From: Candidatus Poribacteria bacterium
Lineage (GTDB): Bacteria > Poribacteria > WGA-4E > PCPOR2b
Length of the DNA: 64,000 bases
NCBI GenBank assembly: GCA_003635265.1
Contig: PYIZ01000009.1
Location: 22,270 to 86,269 of the forward strand
Reading direction: 5' to 3'
Within the stretch, counting starts at the first letter, position 1. Each line of letters opens with the position of its first letter. The translations under genes and the position numbers were made by a program. The notes beneath the pieces are model-generated. The model was not told where the DNA came from. It did no database searches and worked only from the letters and a program-made list of their open reading frames with translations. Of this stretch, positions 57,411 to 64,000 are shown piece by piece.

Positions 57411-58514
57411 ATGCTCTACTATCTATTTTTTGAACAACTGACAGAGTTTTTTTCGCCGTTGAATGTTTTTCGTTATATTAGCTTTCGGTCCATCTATGCA
57501 ACAATAACCGCGCTACTTATAGCCCTCATCTTAGGCCCTTTCGTTATTCAACATCTGAGACGATTGAAAATCGGTCAGCATGTCCGCGATGATGGTCCCG
57601 AAACCCATTTCAGCAAAGAGGGTACGCCGACAATGGGTGGCGTACTGATTATCACGTCCGTGCTGATTTCAATTTTGTTGTGGGCGCGATTGGATCAGCC
57701 TTATATTTTTATCCTCACCTTTAGTATTCTGTGGTTTGGCGGACTCGGCTTTCTGGACGATTACCGGAAGATTACCAAACAACAATCACTTGGATTGAAG
57801 GGTTGGCATAAGCTCTTTTTACAAGCAGTCGGTGCACTTGCCATTGCCTACTTCCTCTACCAATGGGGACCCGTTCCCAAAGACAGCTTGACCGAGAGAA
57901 CATCAATTATCATTCCTTTCTTTAAGCAACTTCGCCCAGACCTCGGCGTATTCTTTATTCCATTTGCAGCGTTCGTCATTGTCAGTGCGTCCAACGCTGT
58001 TAATCTTACGGACGGGCTTGATGGTCTAGCAATCGGCTGTACGCTGTTTGTCGCAGCCACATTTGGTATATTAGGCTACCTTACAAGCCACCAACAGTTA
58101 GCAAATTACCTCGACATCGCCCACATTCCAGTTGGTGGAGAGGCTGCGACTATCTTCTGTGCTGCATTAATTGGAGCCGGTGTGGGTTTTCTATGGTATA
58201 ATTGTCACCCAGCACAGGTTTTCATGGGAGATACAGGTTCGTTAGCCCTTGGTGCAGTACTTGGAACAATTTCTATCTTAATCAAGGAAGAGATTCTACT
58301 TGTGATTGTTGGTGGAATTTTTGTGGCAGAAGTGCTCTCCGTTATCATCCAAGTTGTATCTTATAAAACACGAAAAAAACGGGTGTTCAGGATGTCACCA
58401 CTACATCACCATTTTGAACAGCTCGGTTGGCCCGAGCCGAAAGTTGTGCTGCGTTTCTGGATTATTGGATTGATTTTGATGCTCGTCGCACTGAGCACCC
58501 TCAAATTGCGATAA
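57411..58514 (+). CDS. mraY: Phospho-N-acetylmuramoyl-pentapeptide transferase
   Basis: 10 TM helices, with the DD (NLTDGLDGLA) and HHH (SPLHHHFE) motifs of MraY. Confidence 0.9.
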   Translation: MLYYLFFEQLTEFFSPLNVFRYISFRSIYATITALLIALILGPFVIQHLRRLKIGQHVRDDGPETHFSKEGTPTMGGVLIITSVLISILLWARLDQPYIFILTFSILWFGGLGFLDDYRKITKQQSLGLKGWHKLFLQAVGALAIAYFLYQWGPVPKDSLTERTSIIIPFFKQLRPDLGVFFIPFAAFVIVSASNAVNLTDGLDGLAIGCTLFVAATFGILGYLTSHQQLANYLDIAHIPVGGEAATIFCAALIGAGVGFLWYNCHPAQVFMGDTGSLALGAVLGTISILIKEEILLVIVGGIFVAEVLSVIIQVVSYKTRKKRVFRMSPLHHHFEQLGWPEPKVVLRFWIIGLILMLVALSTLKLR

Positions 58515-58589
58515 TGGGAAAAGGGGCAGGCAGAAAACGGCGAAGGTTCAATAATTAAAAATAGTTCAAATCTGTGTAAGGGGAAGACC

Positions 58590-59336
58590 ATGCGACTACA
58601 GAATAAGATTGCCCTCGTCACTGGTGGGGCAACCGGCATCGGTGCTGCTACAGCTATGATGTATGCAAGAGAGGGAGCAAAAGTCATCATTGCTGATCTG
58701 AATGAGGCAGATGGTAAGGCAACTGCACAATCTATTGAAGCAGAAGGCGGCACCGCCCAGTTTATACGGATCGATGTGTCTCAAGAGGCGGAGGTTGCTG
58801 CAATGGTGGAATCCGTCGAGCAGAAGTTTGGGAGGCTTGATGTGTTGGTGACCTGTGCTGGCATCCTGCTGGGTGCAGCGGTACGGATTGATCAATTTGA
58901 CGCAGAAGCGTGGGATGCCGTCATCAGGGTCAACTTGCGGGGGACCTTCCTGTGCACTAAACATGCTGTTCCACTGATGGAAAAGAGCGGCGGTGGGGTC
59001 ATTGTGCTGATAGCGTCGGGAGCAGGGGTGACGGGGCCCAGTGCCTCCGTCGCCTACGGTGCTAGCAAAGGCGGTGTGCGTGGGTTAGGATTTACGTTGA
59101 AGAATCAGGTTGAACCGTTAGGTATCCGCGTGCATGTCGTTTGTCCCGGTAACCTCAATACACCCCTGAAGCTCAGGGCGATCGCCGAAATTGCAGAGCG
59201 GGGTGGAGAATCACCGGAGGCGGCTGTTGCTGCCGCACAATCCACCCTGTTTAAGCCGGAGGAGGTCGCCAAGGTGCTGACAGATCTCGCTTCTGACGCG
59301 GGGGTAAATGCCGACGAACTGGTATTTACAAAGTGA
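58590..59336 (+). CDS. SDR-family oxidoreductase
   Basis: TGGATGIG and NAG-equivalent motifs, and a Y..xK triad (YGASK). Confidence 0.85.
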   Translation: MRLQNKIALVTGGATGIGAATAMMYAREGAKVIIADLNEADGKATAQSIEAEGGTAQFIRIDVSQEAEVAAMVESVEQKFGRLDVLVTCAGILLGAAVRIDQFDAEAWDAVIRVNLRGTFLCTKHAVPLMEKSGGGVIVLIASGAGVTGPSASVAYGASKGGVRGLGFTLKNQVEPLGIRVHVVCPGNLNTPLKLRAIAEIAERGGESPEAAVAAAQSTLFKPEEVAKVLTDLASDAGVNADELVFTK

Positions 59337-59364
59337 CCTGAACTGCTGTCTGTTTTCTATTCAT

Positions 59365-59525
59365 TAGAACTTACGCAGTTGAACGATGAGGTGTTGTAGT
59401 TCGATCCTTCATCGCCAATGCGGGGCAGGCTCCCCCGTCGACGATGGGTGTGGTGTCTGAAAATGTCTTTTGACGCGCAATGAATTGCGCGACTACAAAC
59501 TCAAGTGTGTAACTCCTAATTGGCT
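59365..59525. repeat. Composite intergenic repeat, copy D (full length)
   Basis: AGAACTTACGCAGTTGAACGATGAG...CATCGCCAATGCGGGGCAGGCTCCCCCGTCGACGATGG...CTGAAAAT...CTACAAACTCAAGTGTGTAACTCCTAAT. Co-linear with copy C, about 85% identity by eye. Confidence 0.8.
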
Positions 59526-59674
59526 TTCGTTGGCAGTAGCAACTCTCTATTCACTTTTCGTAAATTTTTGCTGCGAGGAAATAACTCTTTACATTTTCAG
59601 TAATTTTAGTATATAATGAGTGACACACTGCTGCGAGATAGAGCAGATGCAGCAGTAACGAAAAGAGAAGGCGG

Positions 59675-60250
59675 ATGGTTTTATCAGATCGGGATATTGT
59701 TCGTTATCAGGAAATGGGGAAAATCAAAATCACTCCTCCCCCGGATCTTACTAAACAACTCGGTTCCTGTTCCATCGATTTCCGGCTAGGGAATACCTTT
59801 CGGTTGTTTGAGCACAGTAAGTATCCCTATATCGATCTGCGCGAAGATATTGATCCTAACGAACTGATGCACAAGATGGAAGTCCCCGACGGTGAAGCGT
59901 TCACCATGCAGCCGGGAGAATTTGTGCTTGCGGCAACCCTCGAAACCCTCGAACTCGCCGACGATGTGATGGCACGGCTCGAAGGTCGTAGTAGCCTTGG
60001 CAGGCTTGGCATTATTGTCCACAGCACGGCGGGGCTTTTTGATCCGGGTTGGGTTGGGACTGCGACATTAGAACTAGGAAACTTGGGACGTATGCCAGTT
60101 AAACTCTACCCCGGTATGCGGATCTGTGCATTTACATTTGAAGAGTTATCCTCTCCTGCAAAAGTACCCTATCGTCGAAAACCGGGTAACAAATATGCAG
60201 GACAAGTTGAACCGGAAGCCAGTCGTTTTGTGCGGGATTTGAATCAATAA
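59675..60250 (+). CDS. dcd: dCTP deaminase
   Basis: MVLSDRDI...ITPPPD..QLGSCSIDFRLG...VHSTAGLFDPGWVG are dCTP deaminase/dUTPase-fold motifs. Confidence 0.85.
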   Translation: MVLSDRDIVRYQEMGKIKITPPPDLTKQLGSCSIDFRLGNTFRLFEHSKYPYIDLREDIDPNELMHKMEVPDGEAFTMQPGEFVLAATLETLELADDVMARLEGRSSLGRLGIIVHSTAGLFDPGWVGTATLELGNLGRMPVKLYPGMRICAFTFEELSSPAKVPYRRKPGNKYAGQVEPEASRFVRDLNQ

Positions 60251-60474
60251 ATAGTTGTATTGCTAAAAACTTTAGCAGTAATCTGCCCAATAATTCAGCA
60301 TCTATGGATTAAGGCATTTATATTGCACCACTAATTGTATACTAGAAGGATACCTCGCATAGTGAGATAATCAGGGGCAAACCGCCTATCAGAGCCAAGT
60401 CTCTGCTACAAATAAGAAAAAGACAAGATAGAGAAAAATTAGTGTAAGTTCTCATTTTGAAAGCGATTTGATTA

Positions 60475-60491
60475 TTGGCATATCGCTTGCT
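60475..60491 (+). promoter_or_regulatory. Candidate sigma54 (-24/-12) promoter upstream of glnA
   Basis: TGGCAT-ATCGC-TTGCT matches TGGCAC-N5-TTGC, with GG and GC spaced exactly 10 nt. About 200 bp upstream of the glnA ATG. Confidence 0.5.
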
Positions 60492-60688
60492 CTATATCTT
60501 TGAGGTGTTCCGTTTTCAAATTCCATAGTTTCCAATAATTTGTTGAGTAGGGTGTATGAAAAGTGGTACAAATGTCTTCTGTTGGGAGGCTGCTCATAGG
60601 CGTTCCTGATGAGCCCGCTAGGTAATGCCAACCCTACTTCGTTTAACCGTCATTGCTTGGCTCAATATTTTAATTAAGGAGATTTTAG

Positions 60689-62131
60689 ATGACACCAAGT
60701 GAAGTCGTTGCGCTTGCAAAAGAAAAAGAGGTCAAAATTGTTGACTTTAAATTCACGGATCTGCCTGGCATGTGGCACCACTTTTCGATTCCCGCAACAG
60801 AGTTAGAGGAAGACCTGTTTGAAGATGGACTCGGTTTTGATGGTTCAAGTATTCGTGGTTTCCAAGCGATTAACGAAAGCGACATGCTCCTTTTCCCGGA
60901 TCCGGATACAACCATTGTGGATCCGGTTTGCAAAATTCCGACCCTCAGTCTTATTTGCAACATTAAGGATCCAATTACCCTAGAAAGCTATAGTCGAGAT
61001 GTGCGGCATATCGCTCAAAAGGCGGAAGCGTATCTCAAGAGCACTGGAATTGCGGATACGAGCTATTGGGGACCTGAAGCTGAATTTTTTATTTTCAACG
61101 ATGTTCGTTATTACCAAAATCAGCATTCGGCCTTTTATTCCGTTGATTCTGTTGAAGGCAGCTGGAATACAGGTAAAGGGAGTTGGAATCCAAACACAGG
61201 CGACTATGACGCGCCGAACCTCGGATACAAACCGCGTTACAAGGAAGGGTATTTCCCCGTACCGCCATCGGATACACTGCAAGATATTCGATCTGAAATG
61301 ATTCTCAAGATGATCGATTGCGGGGTTGATGTAGAGGTTCACCACCATGAGGTCGGCACCGGTGGTCAGGGTGAGATCGATCTCCGGTTTGATACCATGA
61401 CCACGATAGGCGATAAGCTGGCGCTGTACAAGTACATCATCAAGAATACAGCCCGTGCCCACAACATGACGGCGACCTTTATGCCAAAGCCACTTTTTGA
61501 AGACAACGGCTCAGGCATGCACTGTCATCAAAGTTTATGGAAGGATGGGAAAAACATCTTCTACGATCCGCAGGGATATGCCGGGTTAAGCGAAACCGCG
61601 TTGTATTACGCCGGTGGTCTCCTTAAACATCTACCGTCGCTGTGCGCTATCATTGCACCGACAACCAATTCTTACAAGCGGTTGGTCCCGGGCTATGAGG
61701 CACCGGTGAATCTTGCATATTCGCAACGAAACCGGAGCGCATGTGTCCGTATTCCTGTATACTCTCAGAGTGAGAGAGCGAAACGACTGGAACTCCGTAC
61801 ACCAGATCCTTCCTGTAACGCATATCTCGCCTTTAGCGCAATGCTGATGGCGGGTCTTGACGGTATCCGGAATCAGATTCACCCCGGTGAACCGCTTGAT
61901 AAAGACCTGTACGATCTGGAGCCAGAGGAACTGGCAGAAATTGAATCAACGCCGGGCTCCTTAGCTGAGGCACTTGATGCCTTAGAGGACGACCATGACT
62001 ACCTGCTCGAAGGCGATGTGATCACGCAGGACGTGATTGATACATGGATAGAGTATAAACGTGAAAACGAAGTCGATGCAGTCAACCTCCGTCCGCATCC
62101 ACACGAATTTCATCTCTACTATGATATTTAA
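60689..62131 (+). CDS. glnA: Glutamine synthetase type I
   Basis: 480 aa, with the GSI beta-grasp and catalytic motifs ([25 protein letters not shown] adenylylation-region residues). Confidence 0.9.
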   Translation: MTPSEVVALAKEKEVKIVDFKFTDLPGMWHHFSIPATELEEDLFEDGLGFDGSSIRGFQAINESDMLLFPDPDTTIVDPVCKIPTLSLICNIKDPITLESYSRDVRHIAQKAEAYLKSTGIADTSYWGPEAEFFIFNDVRYYQNQHSAFYSVDSVEGSWNTGKGSWNPNTGDYDAPNLGYKPRYKEGYFPVPPSDTLQDIRSEMILKMIDCGVDVEVHHHEVGTGGQGEIDLRFDTMTTIGDKLALYKYIIKNTARAHNMTATFMPKPLFEDNGSGMHCHQSLWKDGKNIFYDPQGYAGLSETALYYAGGLLKHLPSLCAIIAPTTNSYKRLVPGYEAPVNLAYSQRNRSACVRIPVYSQSERAKRLELRTPDPSCNAYLAFSAMLMAGLDGIRNQIHPGEPLDKDLYDLEPEELAEIESTPGSLAEALDALEDDHDYLLEGDVITQDVIDTWIEYKRENEVDAVNLRPHPHEFHLYYDI

Positions 62132-62170
62132 TTGGTTGAATTTCATTTTCAGTTGTAGATAACAATGAGA

Positions 62171-62230
62171 GTAAAGCGTAAAACGTAAACTGTTAAGTAG
62201 GTTTCCTACGTTTCTACGCTTTACTAAAAT
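62171..62230 (+). repeat. Leader motif family, copy 4, with an internal palindrome GTAAAGCGTA...TACGCTTTAC
   Basis: GAGTAAAGCGTAAAACGTAAACTGTTAAGTAGGTTTCCTACGTTTCTACGCTTTACTAAAATC, directly upstream of glnB. Confidence 0.6.
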
Positions 62231-62280
62231 CACAGGGTTGAGGGGTTGTGAGCATCACTGTTTCAATAAAGGAGAAATAA

Positions 62281-62622
<342 letters not shown>

Positions 62623-62679
62623 ACGCAAACCTCAATTCAAATAACAATGCAATTGTAGGGGGCAACTTCTTGATCAGAG

Positions 62680-62699
62680 AGGGGTCGTCCCCTATATTT
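62680..62699 (+). terminator. Weak hairpin after glnB (AGGGG-TCGT-CCCCT then ATATTTG)
   Basis: 5-bp GC stem with a 4-nt loop and an AT-rich tail. Marginal as an intrinsic terminator. Confidence 0.3.
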
Positions 62700-63058
62700 G
62701 TGCCCATCGCGGCAATTCATTACTGGACCATCACTTTTATTTCCTTTCCGAAATTACAGAACATCTCCTTCTCCACCTCCGCAGATCCTACCTCATTTCA
62801 AGTTGCTGAGATCCGTAATCATAGAGGCGGTTGGGAAACCCAACCGCCTAGGAAGGATCGTGCTTCTGTGCACACCCCTTGATTATCTGGTTGTGATGAA
62901 ATATCAATAGAACCTCGCCACTGAAAATCCATCGGATTATTGGTAAAGTTGATTTCAACCTTTTGCTCCAAAGGAGCGTTATGTATATAGAAACAGAATA
63001 CGACATACAACTGCGCTCCAGAGGAGCGCAATATGTATAGCAAATACCCAATTTTTGC

Positions 63059-63088
63059 TTGACGCTTTTTCGATTAAAATGCTATTAT
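63059..63088 (+). promoter_or_regulatory. Sigma70-type promoter for the ABC transporter gene
   Basis: TTGACG, 18 bp, TATTAT. Preceded by two 25-bp direct repeats (62966-62990 and 63016-63040). Confidence 0.5.
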
Positions 63089-63150
63089 TTCTCCTTGTTT
63101 TGCCATTAATCAATCCTAGCCACTCAAAGGAATAGAGGTGATTGTTGAAC

Positions 63151-64000
63151 ATGATCGAAGTGATAAATTTGACGAAGCGGTATGGTCCAACCGTTGCGGT
63201 AGATAATGTCTCCTTCGATGCGAAAGCAGGAGAGGTCCTAGGCTTTCTGGGTCCAAACGGGGCAGGCAAAACCACAACGATGCGTATTTTAACCTGCTAC
63301 CTCTCAGCAGATGAAGGAACAGCGAAAGTCGCTGGGTATGATGTTTTTGAGGAGTCCTTTGAAGTCCGTAAACAGATTGGCTACCTGCCCGAAAGTGCGC
63401 CTCTCTATACAGATATGGGGGTTATCGACTATCTTAAATTTATCGCCCAAGTCCGGGATATTCCGAAGAGTCAACGCTCCCAGCGTATTAAAGATGTCGT
63501 CGACATCTGTGGGCTTGAGAAGATGATCCAAAAGGATGTCGGTGAACTCTCGAAGGGCTACCGCCAACGCCTAGGCTTGGCGCAAAGCCTGATTCATGAC
63601 CCACCAATCCTTGTGCTTGATGAGCCAACCTCCGGGCTTGACCCCAACCAAATTATCGAAATTCGGAATCTGATCAGAGAGATCGGCAAGGAGAAGATGA
63701 TCATCTTCAGTACACATATCCTGCCTGAAGTCTCGGCGACGTGTAGCCGAATTTTGATTATTAACGATGGACAGATCGTTGCAAATGGGACACCGGACGA
63801 GTTAGCTGGACGGGCGCGAGGGGAAGAGGTCGTCCACATCTCCATCCGCGGTCCCCGCGAAGAGATTGAAGCAAAACTGGAAGAACTAAGTATAGTTTCG
63901 GACTTCAAACGGGTCAAATCTGATGATGATGTGTGCAGCTATCAGATTGTATCCCAAAACGGGAAGAACACGGCAGAGGAACTCTTCCACTTTGTGGTAC
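63151..64000 (+). CDS. ABC transporter ATP-binding protein (ABC-2 / GldA-like), 5' partial in the window
   Basis: MIEVINLTKRYG...GFLGPNGAGKTTT Walker A, LSKGYRQRLGLA signature, and ILDEPTSGLD Walker B. Runs off the window end, so it is absent from the ORF track. Confidence 0.85.
   Translation, partial: MIEVINLTKRYGPTVAVDNVSFDAKAGEVLGFLGPNGAGKTTTMRILTCYLSADEGTAKVAGYDVFEESFEVRKQIGYLPESAPLYTDMGVIDYLKFIAQVRDIPKSQRSQRIKDVVDICGLEKMIQKDVGELSKGYRQRLGLAQSLIHDPPILVLDEPTSGLDPNQIIEIRNLIREIGKEKMIIFSTHILPEVSATCSRILIINDGQIVANGTPDELAGRARGEEVVHISIRGPREEIEAKLEELSIVSDFKRVKSDDDVCSYQIVSQNGKNTAEELFHFVV

Noticed and set aside
60980-61462. 160-aa minus-strand ORF
   Set aside because: Antisense to glnA.

Overview
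This 64 kb window is a chromosomal segment of a Gram-negative bacterium (GC about 50%), gene-dense on both strands. From left to right it contains the following blocks. (1) A conserved translation cluster (rpsP, KH/YlqC, YlqD-like, trmD, rplS, rnhB, yraN). (2) About 25 kb of accessory catabolic genes (sugar-phosphate isomerase, two phytanoyl-CoA dioxygenase (PhyH) genes with one fused to HEAT repeats, Gfo/Idh/MocA oxidoreductases, a BNR sialidase-like protein, an NHL propeller, a GT9 heptosyltransferase, ribokinase, a TPP enzyme, Hbd and an aldo/keto reductase). This block is interrupted by one intact IS5-family insertion sequence that has landed inside a member of a composite intergenic repeat family. 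(3) moaDE. (4) A 1150-aa secreted or outer-membrane protein. (5) folD and SDR genes. (6) An MFS transporter followed by a MITE/REP-like palindromic cluster. (7) A four-gene envelope operon (two paralogous anchored proteins with NTF2-like C-terminal domains, a lipoprotein, and an outer-membrane barrel fused to a lytic transglycosylase). (8) An orphan bacterial-microcompartment vertex gene (EutN/CcmL) with its own consensus promoter, directly upstream of a PAS histidine kinase and an NtrC-type sigma54 activator. (9) A partial dcw cluster (rsmH, ftsL-like, ftsI, murE, murF, mraY) with no mraZ, two inserted ORFs, and truncation after mraY. (10) dcd, then glnA preceded by a candidate sigma54 promoter, glnB, and the start of an ABC ATPase gene. 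There is no CRISPR array, rRNA or convincing tRNA. The most unusual structures are the orphan BMC-P-kinase-activator module, the surface operon, a recurring 60-bp GTGAAACGTGAAAA-containing leader motif, and the multi-copy composite repeats. All functional calls come from reading motifs in the translations; no database search was run.
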